Shown: piece after piece, positions 18,251 to 27,193 of the stretch | How the letters are laid out: each line of letters begins with the position of its first letter | How positions within the stretch are numbered: the stretch's first letter is position 1 | DNA from: Candidatus Obscuribacterales bacterium | GTDB taxonomy: Bacteria; Cyanobacteriota; Vampirovibrionia; Obscuribacterales; Obscuribacteraceae | DNA length: 64,000 nucleotides | Reading direction: 5' to 3' | Assembly: GCA_965228855.1 (NCBI GenBank) | Contig: CBDDIJ010000003.1 | Coordinates: 480,001-544,000 of the forward strand | Notes under the pieces: model-generated | The model's input: only the letters and a program-made list of their open reading frames with translations | Told to the model about the DNA's origin: nothing | Database searches by the model: none | Program-made: the position numbers and the translations under genes

Positions 18251-20797
18251 CTAGTCGGTGGTCAAACGACACGAGACGGTGAGCTCTGCTGTAGCCTGAG
18301 CGTAATCCGAGACTTTGACTTCGACCGGCTGCGTCTTCCAGATGCGCTCGCGATATTCGCGAATTGATCTATCAGACGAGAAGTACCCCATTCGGCTGAC
18401 ATTTAAAATGGACATCTTCGTCCATTTAGTTTTATCAAGATAGGTCCGACCGAGATCTCGTTGACAGTCGACGTAAGCCTGATAATCGGCGAGCAGCATA
18501 AAGTCGTCGCGGCTCAGCAACGAATCGACGATCGGTTTAAACAGATCGCGATCGCCTTCGGACCACATTCCCGACACCAACTGATCGAGTACCATCTTCA
18601 AGTCTGCATTGTTTTCATAATATTGTCTCGGGTTGTATCCGGAGAACTTGAGGGCATCAACCTCCGCTTCGTCGAGGCCGAATAGGAAGAAGTTTTCTGC
18701 TCCGACCTTTTCGCGGATCTCGATGTTTGCACCGTCCATGGTGCCAATTGTGAGCGCACCATTCATCGCAAACTTCATGTTACCTGTGCCGGATGCTTCT
18801 TTCCCAGCAGTCGATATCTGCTCGGATACGTCAGCCGCCGGGTATATTTTTTGCGCGAGAGAGACGTTGAAGTCCGGGAGGAAGACGACCTTCAAAAGCT
18901 CGTTTACATCCTTATCGTTATTTACGACGTCGGCGACCGAGTTGATGAGTTTGATAATCAGCTTCGCAATGAAATAACCGGGAGCTGCCTTTCCGCCGAA
19001 TATGAACGTTCTCGGCGGGAAGTCAGTAGGCTTGTTATTCTTCAGATAGTTGTATAGGCTGATGATGTGGAGAACATTCAAATGCTGACGTTTGTATTCG
19101 TGGATCCGTTTGACTTGAATGTCAAAAATACTTTCCGGATTAACGATTATGCCGGTCGCCGAGCGTATAGTGCGTGAGAGGCGCTCTTTCTGGTGCACTT
19201 TGATTTGACGCCATTCATCATGGGCGTTGGTATCATCTGCAGTGGCTTCCAGTTTTTCGAGCTCGTCCAGATGTTTGAGCCAGGTATCGCTTCCGATTCT
19301 CTTGGTGATGAAGCTGGACAGTTCCGGGTTGCTCAGCGCCAGCCAGCGACGCGGGGTAACTCCGTTTGTCACATTGGTGAATTTTTCCGGATATAGCTCG
19401 TAAAAGTCGTGAAGAACTCTGTTCTGCAAAAGTTCAGTATGAAGCTCAGCCACACCGTTTATGGTACTGCTTCCGGCGCATGCCAGGTTCGCCATGCGAA
19501 TGTAGCGTTCACCATAATCATCGATTAAAGACATCCGTCTCAGCAATTCGGGATCATTCGGTCTCTGTTGACGGACCGTGTCTAAGAAGCGTCGATTGAT
19601 TTCGTAGATTATTTCCAGATGACGCGGTAGCAGTCGCTCAAACAGCGAAACCGGCCAGCGTTCGAGCGCCTCCGGCAGGAGTGTGTGGTTTGTGTATGCA
19701 AAAGTTTTCTTAGTCACTTCCCAGGCGTGATCCCATTCGAGATCTTCTTCATCCACGAGAAGTCGCATCATCTCAGCGATCGCGATCGAAGGATGAGTAT
19801 CATTCAATTGAATGACAAATTTTTCGTGGAGAGTTTCAGGAGATAAGCCAGCATTTTTATGAAAACGCAGAATCGTTTGAAGACTGCAGGATACGAAGAA
19901 ATATTGTTGTTCGAGACGAAGCTGCCGGCCTTGAGATACGTTGTCGTTCGGATACAGAACTTTTGAGATGTTCTCTGAAACGCATTTGTCCCCTACCGCG
20001 CCGAGGTAATCGCCCATATTGAAGATTTGGAAGTCGAAAGCTCGTGGCGCTTCTGCTTTCCAAAGACGAAGTGTATTGGTAGTTTCAGTGCCATAGCCTG
20101 GAATGGGTGTGTCGTATGGAATTCCCATCACTTCGCGCTGTGCTTCCCAACGCACTCTGTATGCGCCTTTTTCATCCATGTAGCTCGTCGTTCTTCCACC
20201 GAACTTGACGATCATCGATTCGTCCGGCTTTGCCAATTCCCATGGATTGCCGTTGTGTAACCATCGGTCTGCAACTTCTACTTGCCAACCGTTCTTAATC
20301 AACTGGTCGAATATGCCGAATTCGTAACGGATTCCGAAGCCGATAGATGGAATGTTTTCTGTGGCCATTGAATCGAGGTAACACGCAGCGAGGCGTCCTA
20401 AGCCTCCGTTGCCCAGACCGGGTTCCTCTTCGTGATCTATAAGTTCATCGAAATCGAGGCCGGATTCCTCGCATGCCTTTCGCATGTCATCAGTGATACC
20501 GAGGTTCAGCATGTTATTGGCCAGGTGTGGTCCGAGCAAAAATTCCGCCGAAAGGTAGCACACGACCCGGGCCTTGTGCTCTAGATAGCTCTCCAGCGTG
20601 TTGATCCATCGGTGCAGGAGGCGGTCTCTGACAGTCAAAGATAGCGCCATGTAATAGTCATTGCGACTGGCGATTGCCGGGAACTTGCCAAGTCCATAGT
20701 ACAGGTTGTCAGCCATTGCTCGACGCAGAGTTGGAATACTCCGACCCGTTCTGTCGTCTTCTACGGACACGCCGACGGTGCCTTCTACTTGTCCCAT
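18251..20797 (-). CDS. glgP: Glycogen/starch phosphorylase
   Basis: GLGNGGLGRLAAC, LNDTHP, AYTNHT, TNGVTPRRW, KRIHEYKRQ and PLP-site EASGTGNMKF. Start ATG 20797 has a GGAGAGG RBS. Confidence 0.97.
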   Translation of the reverse strand: MGQVEGTVGVSVEDDRTGRSIPTLRRAMADNLYYGLGKFPAIASRNDYYMALSLTVRDRLLHRWINTLESYLEHKARVVCYLSAEFLLGPHLANNMLNLGITDDMRKACEESGLDFDELIDHEEEPGLGNGGLGRLAACYLDSMATENIPSIGFGIRYEFGIFDQLIKNGWQVEVADRWLHNGNPWELAKPDESMIVKFGGRTTSYMDEKGAYRVRWEAQREVMGIPYDTPIPGYGTETTNTLRLWKAEAPRAFDFQIFNMGDYLGAVGDKCVSENISKVLYPNDNVSQGRQLRLEQQYFFVSCSLQTILRFHKNAGLSPETLHEKFVIQLNDTHPSIAIAEMMRLLVDEEDLEWDHAWEVTKKTFAYTNHTLLPEALERWPVSLFERLLPRHLEIIYEINRRFLDTVRQQRPNDPELLRRMSLIDDYGERYIRMANLACAGSSTINGVAELHTELLQNRVLHDFYELYPEKFTNVTNGVTPRRWLALSNPELSSFITKRIGSDTWLKHLDELEKLEATADDTNAHDEWRQIKVHQKERLSRTIRSATGIIVNPESIFDIQVKRIHEYKRQHLNVLHIISLYNYLKNNKPTDFPPRTFIFGGKAAPGYFIAKLIIKLINSVADVVNNDKDVNELLKVVFLPDFNVSLAQKIYPAADVSEQISTAGKEASGTGNMKFAMNGALTIGTMDGANIEIREKVGAENFFLFGLDEAEVDALKFSGYNPRQYYENNADLKMVLDQLVSGMWSEGDRDLFKPIVDSLLSRDDFMLLADYQAYVDCQRDLGRTYLDKTKWTKMSILNVSRMGYFSSDRSIREYRERIWKTQPVEVKVSDYAQATAELTVSCRLTTD

Positions 20798-21034
20798 GAC
20801 AAATATCCTCTCCGGGAAACCATTAAGTGGAGAATTATATTCGTTCCTGTTTGTCAATAAATTAGAAATACGCTGCAATCAGCCATTTGTCGTCGAAAAC
20901 GTACAAAAATGTAAACATACCCTGACCGGCGCCACTGGCCTGATAACCTTCTCGAAGGTGCTCGACGTGTGCTATCGACTAATGACTTCGATGTCTTTGT
21001 AATTTACTACGTCGTCAAATCGGGGGATTTGTTA

Positions 21035-23437
21035 ATGTCTAAAAACAGAAATATCAAGCGCGCGATGCGGAAACTCGGTTTAGTAGCCGTTACTTGTGCT
21101 CTCTCCGCTGGTCCTTCCCACGCACAGATGAACTGGACCCAAGTCCCCAACTACATCGATGTGCAGGGGCGAATGACTACAGTCGAGCAAACGATCATGG
21201 AATCGCTTGCGGCCGGCAGGCTAACGGCTACCCAGGCGGATAGTTTTAAAAATGCTCTGGAGCAAATCAAATTGCAGGATAAAGCGTACAGAGCCGATGG
21301 CAAGCTCAGTATGTGGGAGCGCGTGAAAATCGTAATGGATCTGGATAAGCTTAGCGCAAGTATTCAAAGTGGTTTAACCGATCGCAAGGTTGCCATAACT
21401 GACATCAACGGACACGAAGCAGACATTGAGAGAGTCATTCAAGAATCTCTTCTCAGCGGGCGTTTGACTAATCTCGAAGCTCTTGGTTTTAAGAAATCCC
21501 TTTCTGATATCAAGGCTAAAGAGCAAACCTTAAAAGGTGATGGCGCGCTTTCTGCCAATGATCTCTTGCTGCTGTCGCAAGATCTCGATAAGCTCTCGGC
21601 AAACATTGAGCAGAGCTTGAGAACGCGTGTGATCTCAGATCCGAATATCGATTCTAAGCAAACAGAAATAAAAAATCGCATCAGTCAGTTGTCTTCTACC
21701 GGACGAATCCCGGCGCAGCAAGCCGAACTTTTCAATCAAGAGCTAAATCGAATTATCGCTCGAGAAGCCTCCTTCAAAGCATCCGGAAACGCTCTGGATA
21801 ACGAGGAGAAGTTGACGCTGGCGCTTGAACTCGAGCGTTTGCGCGGGCAACTCGATCGGTTTGAACCTGAGTCCAGCTCAACGTCGAATAAAGGGATTGA
21901 CGAGCAACAAGCCGAAATCAAGAAAGCAATTGAGGATGCGAAGATTTCCGGACGACTTTCTGTCCAGGACTCCAATGACTTGCTTCAGGAATATGCTCGA
22001 ATCGAGGCTTTGGAAGCCATGTTCCGCGCAGACGCAAAGTTGTCGGATAACGAACAGTTGACGTTGAATCGCGATCTTGCAGCCCTGAACAAAGCGGTGA
22101 CTGACATTTCGAGCAGAACTCAACCAATGAGTCTCGCCGATCGTAAGACTGCTCTCAAAACAAAAATCGTCGATGCTCAAAGCGCTGGCCGAATAAAACC
22201 TGAGAGCCGCGCCACTGAATTTCTTGACGAATTCAGCAGACTTGACGCCAAGGAAAACTTCTACAAGCAAGATGGTTCGCTGGACAGCACGGAATCTCTA
22301 ATTATCGCCAACGATATCGATGCGCTCAGCGCGAAGGTCGAGAGCTCGTTGACTGCGCTGCCCAGCCCCGCGCAACAAAAGGATTCTATCGAACGCACGA
22401 TGAATGATGCTCTGGCATCCGGGCGACTGGAGCCGGCCAAGGCTGACGAACTTCGCCAGGAGATTCAGCGGATTGCATTTCTGGACAGCGCTTTTCGTGG
22501 CAACGATGGGGTACTTGATGAACGTGAATCCGTCGCGCTCCACAAAGAGTACAACAACCTAGAGGCACGTTTAAATCGCGCGCTGCCTGCGCTTCCGGAT
22601 ATCGATACCATTCAAGCAGATATCGAGCGACGCCTGGCCGAAGGTCAGGCAAACGGTTCGATTGATGCTACCAATGCAGCCGCGATGAAAAAAGAATTTG
22701 ATCGTATAGCCACTGTTGAAGCCTCATTCCGCGCAAGCGACCAGGCACTTTCCGAGTGGGAAACAATGGCTTTGAAGCGCGATCTGGACAGACTAACTTC
22801 GGACATAGAGCGTGTTGCGAAAACAGAACCGGTCACGACTGTTGATCTGAGTGGCGGTTCCTCGGACATTAATGGGCACTGGGCTCAGAAGTACATTGCG
22901 ATTTTGCAGAAGCGTGGTACCATCGGCGGTTTTCCTGATGGTTCATTCAAGCCGGACCAGGGCATCACGCGATCTCAGTTTGCGGCAATCGCCGTCAAGG
23001 CGCTAGGATTACCGCAGGGAGGACGAGAAGTCGAATTCCGAGACCTGCCCAAAACTCACTGGGCTTACAAAGCGATTTGCTCTGCTAGCGATGCCGGTCT
23101 TGTTGGCGGATTTCCCGATGGATCTTTCCGTCCTGAGGACAAGTTAACCAGAGCCCAGGCGCTGGTTATCCTGGCAAAGGCGATAAACAAAGGTTCAAGC
23201 GACACATCTGTGCTCGATAAGTATAAGGATGGCACCGGGGTGGCCGCCTGGGCTGCTCCGAGTGTCGCGAAAGCGGCGTCTGCCGGAATTATTGTCAACC
23301 ACCCTGACCCCTATCAGATCCGACCGGCGGATCTTGCCACTCGCGCTGAGGTAGCGGCATTGACCTATCAGACAATGGCGAACCTTGGTCAAAAACTGCC
23401 GCGGGTCCGCATCGGCTTGGAAGCCAGCGGTAATTAA
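21035..23437 (+). CDS. Exported protein with seven ~80-aa helical repeats and three C-terminal SLH domains
   Basis: Signal peptide; repeats with consensus I..AL.SGRL....A..F..E...I...E..FR.DG.L...E...L..DL..L; SLH motifs HWA..GFPDGSFKPDQGITRSQF, GFPDGSFRPEDKLTRAQ and RPADLATRAE. Confidence 0.88.
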   Translation: MSKNRNIKRAMRKLGLVAVTCALSAGPSHAQMNWTQVPNYIDVQGRMTTVEQTIMESLAAGRLTATQADSFKNALEQIKLQDKAYRADGKLSMWERVKIVMDLDKLSASIQSGLTDRKVAITDINGHEADIERVIQESLLSGRLTNLEALGFKKSLSDIKAKEQTLKGDGALSANDLLLLSQDLDKLSANIEQSLRTRVISDPNIDSKQTEIKNRISQLSSTGRIPAQQAELFNQELNRIIAREASFKASGNALDNEEKLTLALELERLRGQLDRFEPESSSTSNKGIDEQQAEIKKAIEDAKISGRLSVQDSNDLLQEYARIEALEAMFRADAKLSDNEQLTLNRDLAALNKAVTDISSRTQPMSLADRKTALKTKIVDAQSAGRIKPESRATEFLDEFSRLDAKENFYKQDGSLDSTESLIIANDIDALSAKVESSLTALPSPAQQKDSIERTMNDALASGRLEPAKADELRQEIQRIAFLDSAFRGNDGVLDERESVALHKEYNNLEARLNRALPALPDIDTIQADIERRLAEGQANGSIDATNAAAMKKEFDRIATVEASFRASDQALSEWETMALKRDLDRLTSDIERVAKTEPVTTVDLSGGSSDINGHWAQKYIAILQKRGTIGGFPDGSFKPDQGITRSQFAAIAVKALGLPQGGREVEFRDLPKTHWAYKAICSASDAGLVGGFPDGSFRPEDKLTRAQALVILAKAINKGSSDTSVLDKYKDGTGVAAWAAPSVAKAASAGIIVNHPDPYQIRPADLATRAEVAALTYQTMANLGQKLPRVRIGLEASGN

Positions 23438-23469
23438 CATGGCGGTGTGGCTCTAAAGTCAATAGAATC

Positions 23470-23530
23470 AAGAGCTTCAGGTTTCTCACCCTCCCCCATC
23501 ACCCTGGAGGGGGGTGGGAGAGCTCTTTGT
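23470..23530 (+). terminator. GC-rich hairpin followed by a T-rich tract, probable intrinsic terminator of the SLH gene
   Basis: Outer stem AAGAGCT/AGCTCTT and inner stem TCTCACCCTCCC/GGGGGGTGGGAGA, followed by TTGTTT. Confidence 0.45.
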
Positions 23531-23738
23531 TTATCAGGATTTTGATAGATTAAAGCGCTCGACCAACAATTAATAAAGCGCTGTCTCTTAGTGCCGGTCC
23601 TGAAACTTTCGAGAAGGTAAGTAAACTCTGGCAGGGTAACCTACTTCCATTGTCGCGAGTCTTTCGTTAGTCTGGGGAAAGCTTTGAATAGTCGAAGTCA
23701 CTTTTCCTGGTGAAAACGTCTGCTGTGGCAGAGAGTTT

Positions 23739-23984
23739 ATGAAAGACGAGAAAGACTATGGAATGTTCTGTTCAGTCGCCGTGATTTTGTTGGCGATAAC
23801 ATTCGGCTGCAGTCTCGTTCTTTATATCGATCAGCAAGCCATCGTCGATTACAAGCTCGAATGCGCTCTTCAAGAATTCGAACAGAAGTTCTTGGGTCAG
23901 CAGAAGACCGTCAAGCAGCGTCCAGTTGCGACCGTGGAAGAAGCTATTCCTACGGGCATGATTCAGTCTATGGTTCTCCAGTAG
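23739..23984 (+). CDS. Small hypothetical protein with N-terminal TM helix
   Basis: 81-aa ATG ORF with hydrophobic segment FCSVAVILLAITFGCSLVLYI. Confidence 0.55.
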   Translation: MKDEKDYGMFCSVAVILLAITFGCSLVLYIDQQAIVDYKLECALQEFEQKFLGQQKTVKQRPVATVEEAIPTGMIQSMVLQ

Positions 23985-24185
23985 AAACTGCTGGTCTGAT
24001 TCACTCCGCGGCAGATTTTTGGCGGTATAAACCTGACGCTCCGTTAGCCTTCGAAGTCACCCGGGTGAGTTTAAACCTCAGTGAGGTTTTTGCGATTTAC
24101 CATCCGGCAGTGGGCGTTTATCGTTTAAATTCAGTTCCTATACCTGTGGAAACCGATCGCTCAAGATCGGCTCGAGGTGTTGTCT

Positions 24186-24812
24186 ATGAAAATAAGCGAT
24201 TTACAGAACGAAGTGAACAAGATCGTCATTAGAAATCCCTGCGCCGCGAACTGGGATGACATGCAAGGTGATCAAACCGTTCGATTTTGCGGGCAGTGCA
24301 GTAAGAACGTTCATAATCTCAGCGCCATGAATCCTGACCAGTTAGCTTTCACGCTTGAGCTGCGCGAGCGGCAACCAACTTGCGTTTTTATGGCGCGGGC
24401 AAACGATGGAAGTGTCATCATCGATAATTGCCCCAAGTTTTTAAGAAAACAGCGCGATAAAATCCGCGCCTACGCATACTCTGCTTTGTTGACCATTGCC
24501 TGGCTACGCGCGCAAGAGGCTTGCGGGCAAACGCTGGTCGGTGCTCCAGTTGACCCGAGGTATGGGCAGGCGGTCGAGGTCGGTGCACTTGCTGATTTCG
24601 GCTATGATACCGCCCGCGATATCTCTCGCATTGTCACAGCATTGTCGGCGATTCTTGTATGGTTTATCTTTCCAATCAAAGCCAGGCACTCTACGACTGC
24701 AACCCGCCTGGTCCTGGCAGTTCTCGAACGGCTAGCCGTGCCATTGTTAGTCCATTTAGCGGGAACCTACATGCTCAATAATTATGGTGGGCTTGGTGGT
24801 GGCGGAATTTAA
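24186..24812 (+). CDS. Hypothetical membrane protein with N-terminal Cys-rich (PCxxxWxxM..RFCxxC.K.V) domain
   Basis: NPCAANWDDMQGDQTVRFCGQCSKNVHNLS motif, C-terminal TM helices, GAGGTG RBS before ATG 24186. Confidence 0.7.
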   Translation: MKISDLQNEVNKIVIRNPCAANWDDMQGDQTVRFCGQCSKNVHNLSAMNPDQLAFTLELRERQPTCVFMARANDGSVIIDNCPKFLRKQRDKIRAYAYSALLTIAWLRAQEACGQTLVGAPVDPRYGQAVEVGALADFGYDTARDISRIVTALSAILVWFIFPIKARHSTTATRLVLAVLERLAVPLLVHLAGTYMLNNYGGLGGGGI

Positions 24813-24885
24813 CACGTAAGTGAGCCCGCCCTGGCACCATTGGCAGTGGCACGAGCAAATTTAAGCGGGAACGGAACGCTCTCGA

Positions 24886-25416
24886 TTAAAAAACGTCCGG
24901 CAGCGGAAGTGTAAGTTGCCGAGGCGCTTTAATACGACCTTCCTTTGCTGGAGACACTGCTTTGAAGATTGCTTTTCGCACCTTCTTGAACAGCAGTTTG
25001 CCTCTGGACGGACCACATTTCTTGCAGTACATCCCGCTGAGCATCTCGGGTTTTCTATGACGACTGAATAACGTCATGCAGTTTGCGCAGCGAGCCTGCC
25101 ATGCCCCTTGTGGAAGGACCGCCGTGCTGTCGCAAGCTTTCGGGTTGCATCCAAGCCGTATGCACATTTCTTTCCAAGTATCATCATGACCATGCTCTAC
25201 GCCGACTATCGCGTGGGCGATTTCGTGGAGAATGGTATCACGCACATGTGCCTCGTCATTTTTGAAGACGTAGGCATAGGATAGCTCGATACGCTTGGTG
25301 CCTGCTTTGCAGATACCAAGCATGCGTTTGCTTTTATTGAACTTAAACGACCAGCCGTTTAGACCATAACTGCTCATCAGGTCTAGCGCAATCTGTTTTG
25401 CAAGTTCAGGTTGCAT
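24886..25416 (-). CDS. SprT-like zinc metalloprotease
   Basis: HEIAHA zincin motif, HGHDDTWK and a C-terminal CxxC..CxxC zinc ribbon. Confidence 0.88.
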   Translation of the reverse strand: MQPELAKQIALDLMSSYGLNGWSFKFNKSKRMLGICKAGTKRIELSYAYVFKNDEAHVRDTILHEIAHAIVGVEHGHDDTWKEMCIRLGCNPKACDSTAVLPQGAWQARCANCMTLFSRHRKPEMLSGMYCKKCGPSRGKLLFKKVRKAIFKAVSPAKEGRIKAPRQLTLPLPDVF

Positions 25417-25587
25417 GTGCGGAACTCGAAAGTGGTGCCAATTAGTCGCCGCTGGATAACGTATTCAACGCGACGCTTCCATGATTATAAGGCAAACGGG
25501 AACGCTGGCAACTACTGGATTTTGCGATGATCCGTTTCTATATTTTGTGCATATATAAGTCTAAGAGAATTTAAGTACCATCGATTC

Positions 25588-26274
25588 TTGACGAGCGTTA
25601 CTATTGTTGAAAGAGATCCGTTTCTGCTGGAAAGCAAGCGAGGCAAAATGTCTGGGGCCGATTTGGCGCGCAAGATTCTGCGTAACCTCACATCTGGTGG
25701 CATTGATAGTTCCGGAGTGCGCCCGGACTATGTCGAGCATTTGACCAATAAGTCGAAGGCATTCTTCAAGAGCTACGAAAAAGGTTTCGGAATAGTCAAC
25801 GACGATGACATCCTTCGCGATGCGACACTCCGGATGGTTGAGCGTATCTTCAACTTGATAGAACCGTATGTAGTGCACTTCAACAACGCTGTTGATTCTT
25901 CGCAGCTCTGTCTTGCCGCGACTCCACCGGATGAAATTCTGGAGACCGTCGAAGGTGAGTGGCCCTTTCGTGCAGCTCAAGAGGTGTCGTTTTACAGGGC
26001 ACGTTTTTCGTTTCACAACATGAGTCTCGTATTGCGTGGCTCTGACGACCGTGTTGAATTCTACGTTTTGCCGGTCGATCAAGTCATGCGAATGAGCGCA
26101 GTCGAAGACCAGTACGGTGCGCTTATGGTCTATAACGCGAAGGTGTTCAATGGAAAAGTTGAGTGGGAGGTAGAGGGTAAGCCGCTCACCGATGAGCGTT
26201 TTGAACGCTACTGTCTACTCATGTTCGAATATTTTGTCAAAGAATCACAGGAAGAATTGATGCGCGCTTCTTAA
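25588..26274 (+). CDS. Hypothetical protein (start may be ATG 25648)
   Basis: 228-aa ORF with natural composition, co-oriented with the downstream genes. Confidence 0.65.
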   Translation: MTSVTIVERDPFLLESKRGKMSGADLARKILRNLTSGGIDSSGVRPDYVEHLTNKSKAFFKSYEKGFGIVNDDDILRDATLRMVERIFNLIEPYVVHFNNAVDSSQLCLAATPPDEILETVEGEWPFRAAQEVSFYRARFSFHNMSLVLRGSDDRVEFYVLPVDQVMRMSAVEDQYGALMVYNAKVFNGKVEWEVEGKPLTDERFERYCLLMFEYFVKESQEELMRAS

Positions 26275-26303
26275 AATCGAAGGCGCTATGGCAAGGAAGA
26301 AAA

Positions 26304-26648
26304 GTGCTCATCTACGAAGTCAATCTCGAAGTTGACGAAGAAATCAACTACAAAATGGCGGCGTACTTGCAAGAACACTTGCAAAAAATGCTGACCTTCA
26401 AGGGTTTTCGCACGGCGTACTGGTTCTTTCGTCGTCCTGAAGATGAGCCTGATGCCCCTCCCGAAAAGACTTTGTGGACGATTCAATATGTCGTCGAGTC
26501 GAGGGAGGATCTGGACGACTATCTGGCGAATCATGCAGAAGCAATGCGCGGCGAGACCAACGAAAGGTTTGCCGATAAATTTAAGGCTACGCGCCGGATT
26601 TTGAATTTGCTTGGTGTTGCGGGTCTGTCCGCCGAGCAGAATGCATAA
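26304..26648 (+). CDS. DUF4286-family protein
   Basis: LIYEVNLEVD..., TIQY.VES..DLDDYL.NHA..MR.E...RF pattern; AAGGA RBS. Confidence 0.8.
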   Translation: MLIYEVNLEVDEEINYKMAAYLQEHLQKMLTFKGFRTAYWFFRRPEDEPDAPPEKTLWTIQYVVESREDLDDYLANHAEAMRGETNERFADKFKATRRILNLLGVAGLSAEQNA

Positions 26649-26755
26649 CAAGGCGATTTAAAGATAATTGAGATTAGGTTGTGCTCCCACTCGGTATAAG
26701 AAATAGTGGGAATGGCCTGGTTTAAGCCCACGATTTTGGGCGAGGTGTAAGAGAT

Positions 26756-27172
26756 ATGCGAATCTTTCTCGGCTTGTGCTGGGCTCTATTGCTGACCCTG
26801 TCGGCACCGATAGGTTCAATTGCGGCGGATTCCCCATCGCCGAAAGCGAGTGATAAAGTGCTTGTGGTAATGGTTTACGACGGCGGGTGTCACATCTGGT
26901 GTGATGAAGTACGACCAATTATCAGTGGTGTGACGAAGGCGTACGGCGACAAAGTCGAACTTCACGAGATCGATGTGCAGAAATCAGTGCTGAAGGAGTC
27001 GCTCGGAAAGGCTAACGAATTGGGCGTAAAGTCTTTTGTTGAGGGCGCCCTGGCATGGGTTCCGACTGTTGGTGTTTTCGACCAGAAACGCAAGCTTGTG
27101 AAGTCGATCCCCGGCGTCAGCAAGAAAGACACCTACAAAAGAATGATTGATAAGGCCTTGAAGCAGGGTTAG
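26756..27172 (+). CDS. Exported thioredoxin-fold protein with CxxxC motif
   Basis: Signal peptide, VMVYDGGCHIWCDEVRP and cis-Pro-like WVPT. Confidence 0.75.
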   Translation: MRIFLGLCWALLLTLSAPIGSIAADSPSPKASDKVLVVMVYDGGCHIWCDEVRPIISGVTKAYGDKVELHEIDVQKSVLKESLGKANELGVKSFVEGALAWVPTVGVFDQKRKLVKSIPGVSKKDTYKRMIDKALKQG

Positions 27173-27193
27173 TAACAGTCTCGTGAGAGAACA

